Of a stretch of 64,000 nt of DNA, positions 39,150-47,918 are shown piece after piece (positions within the stretch are counted from its first letter, which is position 1; every line of letters begins with the position of its first letter). Origin of the DNA: Campylobacterales bacterium (GTDB taxonomy: Bacteria; Campylobacterota; Campylobacteria; Campylobacterales; QNZT01). The position numbers and the translations under genes are program-made. The notes under the pieces were generated by a model, which was given only the letters and a program-made list of their open reading frames with translations, was not told the DNA's origin and did no database searches. The stretch lies in assembly GCA_027023405.1 (NCBI GenBank), contig JALVVN010000038.1:147333-211332 (forward strand). Direction: 5' to 3'.

Positions 39150-40052
39150 CTATAAAACTCTCTCTATCTGTTGATAAACATACTTGACACTCATATTATT
39201 AAAACATTTAAAATCTTGGCACTTTATAGGTTTATATTTTGTATGAAAACATGGACGACAATCTATGTCAATATATATATCAAAGTTTCTATCTCTATCA
39301 TAACTTCCAACCTCTTTTTCATCAGTCATCCCAAAGATAGTAAATGTTTTAATCCCAACCGCTTTTCCTATATGCATCAAACCGTTATCGTTTCCTATCA
39401 GTAGATCTAACTTTGATATAACATTTATACTATCTTCCAAACTCTCTTTAACGATCTTTATCGATTTGGCATCTTTTAATCTATCATATAAATCATCTTC
39501 ATCCGGACCGATAAAAACTAAAATATTTGCATCAAACTTACCCATTAATTCTATAAACTTTTCAATATCCCATCTCTTGAACTTCTGTTTATACCCACTA
39601 CCGACAGCAAAACCTATATTTTTTCTATTTTGAACTATATATGGTTGAAATGAATCACTTTTTGGGATATATATATAAGGCTGTTTAGTAATCTCTTTAC
39701 AAAACGGCTTGACCATATTGAGATTTAACTCTAGTCTGTGAATGCCTTTTTTTTGAAATGTCGAGATTACATGTTTTGCACCTATCATCAGGTTTAAAAG
39801 TTTTGCCTTTAGGGGATTGGTTCCTGCAGTTACAATAAAGTAATCATACTTTTTATAAAATCTCAAAAAATCTGTTATCTTGTTGATTACAAATATATTT
39901 TTGACAAATTTAGCCTCTTTCACTATCGATCTATTTATACTATTTGTTAGTACTAAATCAACTTCATATCCATTTAATGCTAAAGTTTTCAACATCGGTG
40001 TTGCCATAACAAGATCGCCTATACCCCAACTATGAAATACTAAAATTTTCAT
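39150..40052 (-). CDS. Family 9 glycosyltransferase (heptosyltransferase-like)
   Basis: 300 aa with an N-terminal KILVFHSWGIGDLVMATPMLKTL and C-terminal LIGNDNGLMHIGKAVGIKTFTIFG, the GT9 signature blocks. Confidence 0.8.
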   Translation of the reverse strand: MKILVFHSWGIGDLVMATPMLKTLALNGYEVDLVLTNSINRSIVKEAKFVKNIFVINKITDFLRFYKKYDYFIVTAGTNPLKAKLLNLMIGAKHVISTFQKKGIHRLELNLNMVKPFCKEITKQPYIYIPKSDSFQPYIVQNRKNIGFAVGSGYKQKFKRWDIEKFIELMGKFDANILVFIGPDEDDLYDRLKDAKSIKIVKESLEDSINVISKLDLLIGNDNGLMHIGKAVGIKTFTIFGMTDEKEVGSYDRDRNFDIYIDIDCRPCFHTKYKPIKCQDFKCFNNMSVKYVYQQIERVL

Positions 40053-40055
40053 TTC

Positions 40056-41111
40056 CTACACATACTCTTTCAAATAATTTAACAGCTTTTGACTCTGTCT
40101 ATCCCAACTAAATTTACTAAAGTCAAAGTTATGCACTTTTTTTTCAATGCTGGTCATCATTTTATCAAATTCATCAATCTTTGCAAACTCGATAAACGGA
40201 AAATTTTTTTGTTTTAACAACTTCAAAGGGGTCGATAAAACTGTAGCACCGGACAAACCATACTCTAAAGCTTTAATTGGAAATGCATTGTTAGTAAAAT
40301 CGTTTAATTTGAATGGTATCAAACCGATATCAAGGGTTTTAAAGTAGTCTCCTACTTTTTCAGGAGAGATCATACCTGTAAAGATGATATCATTTTGGTA
40401 TCTTCTTTTTAACTCTTGAAAAAAGTAGGAATTGCTATCACCGACAACAATCATTGCGTTGTTATGTGATTTAACTTTCATATATGCTTCACAGGCTCTA
40501 TCTATCCCTGTCCACTCATCTACTCCACCAATATAACCAAACACCTTTTTCTCTTCTAATCCAAGTTCTCTTTTAAGTGACTTTGCCTCTGCAAACCTAT
40601 CGATATATACCCCATTTTCAATAGTTATAACATTTTGATTTAACTCTCTTACTTTTTCCTGCAATATATCCGTAACCGCTATAACTGCTTGTGAATTTCT
40701 TATATCATCTTTTATCTTACCAACGCGTTTCCTGCTAAGACCTATATCACTGTTTATCTCTAGATGGTCATCTACCAAATCATAAACCACAGGAACTTTT
40801 ATTTTTTTTATATCAAATAACAACGCGTTTGCATTAACAACTATATCTATGTGTAATTTATCTATCAACAGGTTAAGATTTTTACTGTTTATTTGAGCTG
40901 CGAACTTCTCAGGTCGAAAAAGGAGTGGTATCTGGACTATCTTCCCATCTTGTTTATATTTTAATGAGTTGAGTTGTGATTTAACCTTCTCTTTAAATGA
41001 ACTATTCTCAATCTCCCAATATAAAAAATAGCTATTTGTACTTTTTGCAAACTCATAAACGCGGTTTATCAACTTTATATTTGGTGTATGGGGGATGAAG
41101 AGGATGTTCAT
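40056..41111 (-). CDS. GT-B fold glycosyltransferase (GT4/GT1-like)
   Basis: 351 aa with a GYIGGVDEWTGID region and a C-terminal FPIKALEYGLSGATVLST block resembling the E-x7-E region of Glycos_transf_1. Confidence 0.65.
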   Translation of the reverse strand: MNILFIPHTPNIKLINRVYEFAKSTNSYFLYWEIENSSFKEKVKSQLNSLKYKQDGKIVQIPLLFRPEKFAAQINSKNLNLLIDKLHIDIVVNANALLFDIKKIKVPVVYDLVDDHLEINSDIGLSRKRVGKIKDDIRNSQAVIAVTDILQEKVRELNQNVITIENGVYIDRFAEAKSLKRELGLEEKKVFGYIGGVDEWTGIDRACEAYMKVKSHNNAMIVVGDSNSYFFQELKRRYQNDIIFTGMISPEKVGDYFKTLDIGLIPFKLNDFTNNAFPIKALEYGLSGATVLSTPLKLLKQKNFPFIEFAKIDEFDKMMTSIEKKVHNFDFSKFSWDRQSQKLLNYLKEYV

Positions 41112-42322
41112 TTTGACAATAACCTTCCTTTAAAATATAAAGCTGAAAAAAACATGAGTAAAAAACTTATATCCAAACTATATATTATTGATTTTTCATC
41201 TAAACCAAACAGATACAAGAGAGCTATTATAATAAAAAAAGTGATATTCCCTATAACTCTCACCCAAAGTGCGAGATCAAACCTGTCGAATCCTTTTAAT
41301 ATATTAACAAGAAAAGATGTGTAGATTATAAATGGTAAAAACGGCAACATAAGATTAAGTAATTTATAACTATTTTGATAGCTTACTGGAAAAATCAATC
41401 CTATAACTGTCTTGGTAAAAAAAAGACCTACTAGTATTAACAAAAACATCAGTAGCAAATATTTTTGTAATACTTTTTCCATTCTTGTTACTTCATAATA
41501 TCTATTTTCAGAGATAAATCTGGAGACTTCAGGAAAAGTATAAGATGCAACAGGGTGAGCAAAAATAGCAACAAGTGCAAAAAAAATACTTTTTACAACA
41601 ACTTGATACTCTGATAAGATATCACTACTATTAAAAAAATAAAGCATAATTATTGCACTCATATAGATTGATATTGAACCCAAAAAAGATGTAACTGTGG
41701 CAAGTAGATAATTTTTCATAAATTTTTTATAAGTATCTATATTAACAAAATTTTCAGGCATAAAAAATATGTTTGGAGAAGTAATGTATATATATATTGT
41801 ATGAATAAACATTTGTAAAATGTATGCAACTATAAGAGCATTAAGATTGTCAAAATATTTACTTAGTATTACAAAACTTAGTACTAAACTTAAAGCTTTT
41901 ATGCTCTTTTCATAAAGCATAGAGTTATAGTTTTTATATGCTACATTCAAATATGAATAAAAATTTGATATTTGTGTGGCTATAAAGAAAAGTAGTAGCA
42001 AATAGACAGAAAATATTTTATTCTGATTATTTTGTAAATTATAGAGCAAAAGTAGTACTAGCACAGAGGCAATACTCACTGCTAAATAGTTTCTAACAAT
42101 ATATCTATATACTTCAAAAAACTTTTTTTCCGAATATACTTTAATCATACTATCTTTGTATCCTGTAAAAAAAAGAGCTACTATTGATACTAAATCCAAC
42201 AAAGTATAAAAAATACCAAGTTTATCTTTAGATATATGGTAAGATAAATATATCTTAAATCCAAAGTTGATAGCTGTAACAAAAATAGTTAATAAGATTG
42301 ATTTAGAGATTATGCTTTTCAT
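41108..42322 (-). CDS. Polytopic membrane protein, Wzx-like oligosaccharide flippase (MOP superfamily)
   Basis: 404 aa that is almost entirely hydrophobic helices (about 10-12), sitting among glycosyltransferases. No sharp motif; called by topology and context. Confidence 0.55.
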   Translation of the reverse strand: MKSIISKSILLTIFVTAINFGFKIYLSYHISKDKLGIFYTLLDLVSIVALFFTGYKDSMIKVYSEKKFFEVYRYIVRNYLAVSIASVLVLLLLYNLQNNQNKIFSVYLLLLFFIATQISNFYSYLNVAYKNYNSMLYEKSIKALSLVLSFVILSKYFDNLNALIVAYILQMFIHTIYIYITSPNIFFMPENFVNIDTYKKFMKNYLLATVTSFLGSISIYMSAIIMLYFFNSSDILSEYQVVVKSIFFALVAIFAHPVASYTFPEVSRFISENRYYEVTRMEKVLQKYLLLMFLLILVGLFFTKTVIGLIFPVSYQNSYKLLNLMLPFLPFIIYTSFLVNILKGFDRFDLALWVRVIGNITFFIIIALLYLFGLDEKSIIYSLDISFLLMFFSALYFKGRLLSK

Positions 42323-42999
42323 TTAAATTGCAAAAAAAGTTTAATAAGTTTAACTATGTAATGGATTAACCTAACCAAAATAACATAAACCAAAGAGAAA
42401 TCAAGATGATCAAAAAGTAGTCCAAGAGTGATAATAAATATCCATTTATCATAGAGTGTAAACATATCTACAATTTTGATAATTGGTCTCAACCTGCTAC
42501 TCTTTTCCTGTAATGATATAGGCTGAGTTGAGTTTTCTTCCAAAGTTGATTCTGCAACCAAATTTTTTTCTAATGCAAACTCCAAAAAAGAGAGTATAAA
42601 AAATAGAGTTGTTAAATAGAGATAAAAGGTATTACTTGTTGTGTTATAGAGATAAACTCCCATAGAAAATAGAACTATAGATATATTCCATCCATCTACC
42701 AAACTATCAAATAGGGCACCAAACTTCGATGTCATTTTTTTCACTCTAGCCCATTGCCCATCAAAATTATCAAAAAGATATAATAGATTCAATAAAATAG
42801 CCGATGTTATTAAATAACCATTTATTAGTGCAAATCCAAATAACATACCAAATATTAATGACAATAGAGTAAAAAAATTAGGCGATAAATTGAACTTTTG
42901 TATTCTATAAATTAATTGGGTAGCAATCTCGTTACTGATTCGTAACCAAAACCCCCTTCCTTTTTGTGTTTGCCTAATCTCAACTATTGAGTACTTCAT
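42319..42999 (-). CDS. CDP-alcohol phosphatidyltransferase family protein
   Basis: 226 aa membrane protein. FDNFDGQWARVKKMTSKFGALFDSLVDG matches D-x2-D-G-x2-A-R-x8-G-x3-D-x3-D exactly. Confidence 0.85.
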   Translation of the reverse strand: MKYSIVEIRQTQKGRGFWLRISNEIATQLIYRIQKFNLSPNFFTLLSLIFGMLFGFALINGYLITSAILLNLLYLFDNFDGQWARVKKMTSKFGALFDSLVDGWNISIVLFSMGVYLYNTTSNTFYLYLTTLFFILSFLEFALEKNLVAESTLEENSTQPISLQEKSSRLRPIIKIVDMFTLYDKWIFIITLGLLFDHLDFSLVYVILVRLIHYIVKLIKLFLQFK

Positions 43000-43679
43000 A
43001 CCTTACCTTTCATATAGTTAACTATATATTTAGCATATAATTCGTTACTATCGAAGACTGCTTTCCTTTTATAACTATTAAGTTTTTTTGATATCGTCAA
43101 CTCTGTACATCCAAATAAAATTGAGTCAATATTATAAGTATCAAATAGATCAATCAGTTGTTCAGCAAGTTGTTCAACTTTAACTTGATCATTTATTTTT
43201 ACAGCTTCTATTAATTGATAAACTATTTTATTTTCATTATCATTTAAATACATTGTATTTTGAAGGTATTTATCATATAACCTTTTTGTAACTGTTACAT
43301 AACCACCCAAAACAAGTGTCTTCTTATATCCAGACATTTTAATTTCATTTGAAATAATTTGTAACATATTTAGCCATGGTATATTTATCCGTTCAATAAC
43401 TCTATCATAAAAATAGTGAACTGAATTACAAGGAAGAACAACAGCTTTGGCACCAACAGCTTCTAATCTATTGATTGCTTTAATAATATATGGTGTTGGA
43501 TCCTCTTCATTATATAATATATATCTTGTCCGACTAGGTATCGTTATATCACTATCTAAAATAATGTGAATATGCTCCCAATCTTTTTTAGCAGGAGTTA
43601 AATCATAAATTTTTTTAGTAAATTCCAAAGAAGCATATGGTCCCATACCTCCTAAAATTGCTAATATCTCTTTATCCAT
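42996..43679 (-). CDS. Aspartate/glutamate-type (PLP-independent) racemase family protein
   Basis: 227 aa with ILGGMGPYAS at the N-terminus and both catalytic Cys blocks, VLPCNSVHYF and LFGCTELT. Confidence 0.8.
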   Translation of the reverse strand: MDKEILAILGGMGPYASLEFTKKIYDLTPAKKDWEHIHIILDSDITIPSRTRYILYNEEDPTPYIIKAINRLEAVGAKAVVLPCNSVHYFYDRVIERINIPWLNMLQIISNEIKMSGYKKTLVLGGYVTVTKRLYDKYLQNTMYLNDNENKIVYQLIEAVKINDQVKVEQLAEQLIDLFDTYNIDSILFGCTELTISKKLNSYKRKAVFDSNELYAKYIVNYMKGKV

Positions 43680-44444
43680 CTATTCCTCTTTTTTAAACAC
43701 ATAATAGTAGTTAACAAGTTTATTTAAACTTGGCTTCCAAACTAAGTCTTTGCATTTTAAACACCTAAGAAGATACTTATACATCTTTTCTTGAAATAAA
43801 AAACTTAATTTTAACCTGTTTAATAGATCTCTTAACTCACCTACTCTATAAGCTAAATTCTCTTTTGTAACTAAAAGTTTTAGTTCATTTATATCTTTAT
43901 AAAAATTTTTGAAACGATAATAAGCAATATATCTATCATCTATTTTATCAACTCTCTCTTTTGTCATAACACTTTCCCTTAAAACCAAAACAGCACTCTT
44001 ATTTAGTATCTTATTTATATTTTCATAGATATAGTTGATAGATCTATCCTCAATATACATTAACACACCACCAACATAAATAAAGTCATATTTAACTTTA
44101 CTATGCCCTATCCACTCTTCTAATGTCGCTTTATGATACTGAATATTTGTAAAATCACTATTTTCTCTATTTCGTTTGATTATAGGCTGTGCAATATCTA
44201 TCGCATCAACTTTATCAAAATATTGAGATAATACTCTACTAAATCTACCATTTCCACATCCTACATCCAATGCTCTTGTTCTATTATTATGTGTTGTAAA
44301 TTTATATATAAACTCTTTTAACTCTTCCTTTTCAATCAAAAAACGAAAATTATTAATTTTTGAATCATTACTTATATAACCACCGTCATCTAAATCGTTA
44401 TAAGCACTATTCCAAAACTCATCAATAATTTTATTTGTTTGCAT
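43680..44444 (-). CDS. Class I SAM-dependent methyltransferase
   Basis: 254 aa with motif I ALDVGCGNGRFS, an acidic loop VDAIDIA and the downstream FIYVGGVLMYIED. Confidence 0.8.
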   Translation of the reverse strand: MQTNKIIDEFWNSAYNDLDDGGYISNDSKINNFRFLIEKEELKEFIYKFTTHNNRTRALDVGCGNGRFSRVLSQYFDKVDAIDIAQPIIKRNRENSDFTNIQYHKATLEEWIGHSKVKYDFIYVGGVLMYIEDRSINYIYENINKILNKSAVLVLRESVMTKERVDKIDDRYIAYYRFKNFYKDINELKLLVTKENLAYRVGELRDLLNRLKLSFLFQEKMYKYLLRCLKCKDLVWKPSLNKLVNYYYVFKKEE

Positions 44445-45438
44445 TTTTCATCATTTCAATTTGTTCTAAAAGATAGTTTTTTGTATCTCTCTGTTCTTGT
44501 AAATACTTTTCTATTACCTCCATCTCTTCATCTATTTCCAATATATACTCAGTATCCATCTTTATCTCATTTTCAATAGAGACATTGGCTATCAAATAGC
44601 CTATATCCCTTTTATTACCTTTTCTTAATCTTTCTAACAATGTTGGAAAATCATCTTTCCTAAAAGGGAAAAAATGGCGTGTTGTTCGTGGAGGATATAA
44701 TTTTTCATTTAATGCTCTATCAATAACTTCAGCTTTTGAAATAGTTAAAGTTTTATCCTTTAAAAAACGATGTTTTAGATGGTTCCCGACAAAAATTGTT
44801 TCATCTTCATAATTGACATACAATACAGGTGCTTCAAGATAACCCTCTTGTAATAAATAGGCATACCTGTGAGATCCATCTAAAACAATATTATATTTTC
44901 TATCTACAATCAAAGGTTTTTTTATAAAACCATCTTTTTCTACCATATCAGCAATATTTGAAAGATGAGTAGGTAAAACTTGTTCTAATGGTCTTAATTG
45001 ATCTATAGGTACTAACTCAACAGACATTTTAATATTTAAACTACTCAAAGAGAGTGCTTTTAATGCCATGCTATTATTTCGTAATTCCGTAGCACTGTAG
45101 CCTATTCCCTCCGTCCTTGGAATGAATTTAGTTTTATACTCTTTAGAGAGTTTATCTAAAACTTTTTGGTTCCCCGACAACACAGTATCTACTCCACTAG
45201 GGATAACAACCGTTCCTTTCTCTACTATTCCAGTAACTTTATGAACTTCAATTGATTTAAAATCTGCAAATACTTCATTTAATATATCACAAACTTCTGT
45301 TGTGGACATTATCTTTTTGTCTTCTGTTACACCGATAATTAACTTTTCATACTCTTTATATATCCTCAATATTGTACGAATGTGTCCTAAATGTGGGGGT
45401 TGAAACTTTCCTAAAAAGATTGCAACATTTTTACTCAA
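44431..45438 (-). CDS. Fusion protein: cytidylyltransferase-fold domain + ParB/sulfiredoxin-like domain
   Basis: 335 aa. The N-terminus has GKFQPPHLGH (HxGH) and PRTEGIGYSATELR (RTEGIS-type). Residues ~140-215, VELVPIDQLRPLE...PLIVDRKYNIVLDGSHRYAYL, resemble the ParB/Srx DGxHR fold. The C-terminus is a coiled tail. Confidence 0.65.
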   Translation of the reverse strand: MSKNVAIFLGKFQPPHLGHIRTILRIYKEYEKLIIGVTEDKKIMSTTEVCDILNEVFADFKSIEVHKVTGIVEKGTVVIPSGVDTVLSGNQKVLDKLSKEYKTKFIPRTEGIGYSATELRNNSMALKALSLSSLNIKMSVELVPIDQLRPLEQVLPTHLSNIADMVEKDGFIKKPLIVDRKYNIVLDGSHRYAYLLQEGYLEAPVLYVNYEDETIFVGNHLKHRFLKDKTLTISKAEVIDRALNEKLYPPRTTRHFFPFRKDDFPTLLERLRKGNKRDIGYLIANVSIENEIKMDTEYILEIDEEMEVIEKYLQEQRDTKNYLLEQIEMMKNANK

Positions 45439-47171
45439 ACTCTCTCTCCTACAATAAAATAGTATCTATTCATTTTGGGTACTTTGCTACCCTCATCATC
45501 CAAATAGCAGATATCTTTGATTTTAAATCCATTTGTTTTTAAAAGATACTCCCATTGAATTATGTTATACCATTTCTCACGAAAAGGAGAATCAAATGGA
45601 TACATCCATCGTCCACTTATCTCATAAAAAGGCTTTAACACCCCAAGTAATGATAAAGGATTTCTATCACCGATAATCAATATTCCACCCGGTTTAAGAC
45701 TATTGTAAATAGAGCTTAAGGCTTCATCAATAACTGTATGCTGCAAAACTTCAAATGTCATAATTGCATCGTATTTGCCAATGATGTTATAGATACTCCC
45801 TTTTTTGATCTGTTGATTTTCATAAACAGGATCTATACCTACAAATTTTGTTTTTTGATACACTTTTTGAAGTTCACTTATCATCACCCCTTTCCCACAA
45901 CCAACATCTAAAACAGTCTGATTTTCATCCATTATATACTTTTTAATAGATGCTATATACTTTTTGTCCATCTCACTAATATTATCAGTTACGATTTGAT
46001 TTGAGACATTAAAAGCATTTGAGACAAAAAACTCCTGCTCTTTTACTCTATCAATATCTAAAGCATCATATAAGATCATCGAATCAATAAAAAATTTATT
46101 ACTCCAATTTACAAACTCAAACCCACCATACCTTCCCCAAAAAGGGCTACTGGCACTAAAACCACCTTTCATGATAGATGTTTTAAGTTGTTTCGCTTTT
46201 AGATAGTAGAGTGTTGAAGATGCACTTTTTAGATATGCTTCGTCTTTTGTAATCTTATATAATCGAAGTGCAACACCAGTCCACTGGGCTAAACCGGTTA
46301 TACACCTCTCGCTGTTAGTACACTCAAAATTCTCATTATATTGAGAACATAGGATAAGATCTCGATCATCACCCCTATCTTTTAAAACGGCTGTATTTTT
46401 CAATACAGCTTCAAGAATATCTTTATCCTGGGTTCTATCATAGATATCAAGTAATCCTTCTAAAACATAGACAATCGTATGTAAATATGCATCTACTCCA
46501 TCTACAAAGGAGCTATATTTAAAGAACCCGTTTGGTAGTTGGTTTGACAAGACCCATTTGATATTTTTCAGAGCTCTCTCTTTAAACTCCTCATTTTCAA
46601 CTATTTCTCCAGCTTCATAGAGAGCAGAAGCTACACGGGAGTAGTATGTATGTTTTTGATTATTATATGCAAACTTTTCCCAACTACCGTCATCATTTTG
46701 AACGGTTATAAGCCACAAAGCAACTTTTTCAATCGCTTGTTTATATCTATCTTCTCTAGTATAACGATAGAGGCTATTTAAACCAAATAGTATTTGACCG
46801 GTATCAAAGACAAAAGGCTTATTTGTATCTATTTCATTAAAACTACCATTATCATTTTGCATATCCAAAAGCCACTCTCCAGCTTTCAAAGCAGAGCTAA
46901 TATATTTCTCTTCTTTTAATTTTAATAGGGTTGGTATGATATATCCGGTCGTCTCTATATAACTGTTGTCTCTACCTGATATAAAGCCAAATTTTCTGCT
47001 ATAACCACCATCACTGTTTTGCATATACAAAAGCCAATCTGCAGCCATCTTTATGTGAGTTTTATTATCAAATATCTCATCATTAAACATACTTTTAACT
47101 GAGGATATAAGTATACTGGGATACTTCAACGAGTGTAAAAATCCATAAATATTTAAAACTATTTTTTTCAT
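45435..47171 (-). CDS. Fusion protein: terpene-cyclase/prenyltransferase-like alpha/alpha toroid repeats + class I SAM methyltransferase
   Basis: 578 aa with five spaced repeats of the type A..WL...Q..DGS(F/W): AADWLLYMQNSDGGYS, AGEWLLDMQNDNGSFN, VALWLITVQNDDGSWE, NIKWVLSNQLPNGFFK, and a weaker fifth. The C-terminus has VLDVGCGKGVMISEL...LKPGGILIIGD. Confidence 0.65.
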   Translation of the reverse strand: MKKIVLNIYGFLHSLKYPSILISSVKSMFNDEIFDNKTHIKMAADWLLYMQNSDGGYSRKFGFISGRDNSYIETTGYIIPTLLKLKEEKYISSALKAGEWLLDMQNDNGSFNEIDTNKPFVFDTGQILFGLNSLYRYTREDRYKQAIEKVALWLITVQNDDGSWEKFAYNNQKHTYYSRVASALYEAGEIVENEEFKERALKNIKWVLSNQLPNGFFKYSSFVDGVDAYLHTIVYVLEGLLDIYDRTQDKDILEAVLKNTAVLKDRGDDRDLILCSQYNENFECTNSERCITGLAQWTGVALRLYKITKDEAYLKSASSTLYYLKAKQLKTSIMKGGFSASSPFWGRYGGFEFVNWSNKFFIDSMILYDALDIDRVKEQEFFVSNAFNVSNQIVTDNISEMDKKYIASIKKYIMDENQTVLDVGCGKGVMISELQKVYQKTKFVGIDPVYENQQIKKGSIYNIIGKYDAIMTFEVLQHTVIDEALSSIYNSLKPGGILIIGDRNPLSLLGVLKPFYEISGRWMYPFDSPFREKWYNIIQWEYLLKTNGFKIKDICYLDDEGSKVPKMNRYYFIVGERV

Positions 47172-47267
47172 AAAAACCTACAAACCCTAAACTAAGTACA
47201 AAAAACTGCATAAATCTTTAATTAAATTTAATTATTTATATAATATATAAAAATTGTTAAACTAGGC

Positions 47268-47918
47268 TTATCTTTGACTTATACTCCCCTCCAACACATC
47301 CAAAAACGCATCCCTCCGCATCTCCACCGCTCCCATTCTTTTTAGATGGTCCGACGGCACTTGACAATCAATCAATTCATAGCCGTTCTCAAGACAGTAT
47401 TGCGCCAGATGCACCAACGCGGCTTTGGAGGCGTCGCTCTTTTTGGAGAACATACTCTCCCCACAAAAGATACCGCCGAGATCGATGCCGTAGAGTCCTC
47501 CGACAAGCTCACCCTCATAGTAGGTCTCAAAGGACTTTGCCAGCCCCATATGGTGTATCTGTGTATAGGCTTCGATCACCTCTTCGAGGATCCATGTTCC
47601 TTCATCGCTATTGACTCTGATATCTCTGCAGTTTCGCATCACACCCTCAAAATCATGATCGATTTTGAGTTCAAATTTTTTCATACTTTTTTTGAGGGAT
47701 TTGGAGATCTTGATGTCTTTGGGATAGAGTACAAGACGCGGATCGGGAGACCACCACAAGATAGGATCGTTTTCATTGTACCAAGGGAAAATACCTTTTA
47801 GATAGGCGGAGATGATGCGGTTGGGGTTGAGATCTCCTCCCCATGCGACCAAGCCCTCTTCGGAGCTTTCACGCGGATTAGGGAAGAGGTAGTTAAAGCG
47901 ATTGACTTCCGGTATCAA
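47268..47918 (-). CDS. aat: Leucyl/phenylalanyl-tRNA--protein transferase
   Basis: 216 aa with GIFPWYNENDPILWWSPDPR and GESMFS blocks. 4-nt overlap with clpA. Confidence 0.9.
   Translation of the reverse strand: MIPEVNRFNYLFPNPRESSEEGLVAWGGDLNPNRIISAYLKGIFPWYNENDPILWWSPDPRLVLYPKDIKISKSLKKSMKKFELKIDHDFEGVMRNCRDIRVNSDEGTWILEEVIEAYTQIHHMGLAKSFETYYEGELVGGLYGIDLGGIFCGESMFSKKSDASKAALVHLAQYCLENGYELIDCQVPSDHLKRMGAVEMRRDAFLDVLEGSISQR

Noticed and set aside
47219-47234. Perfect 16-bp palindrome taattaaatttaatta upstream of the first island gene
   Set aside because: It could be an operator. However, in DNA this AT-rich, short A/T palindromes are expected by chance, and there is no second copy or associated regulator. 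I did not call it as a feature.
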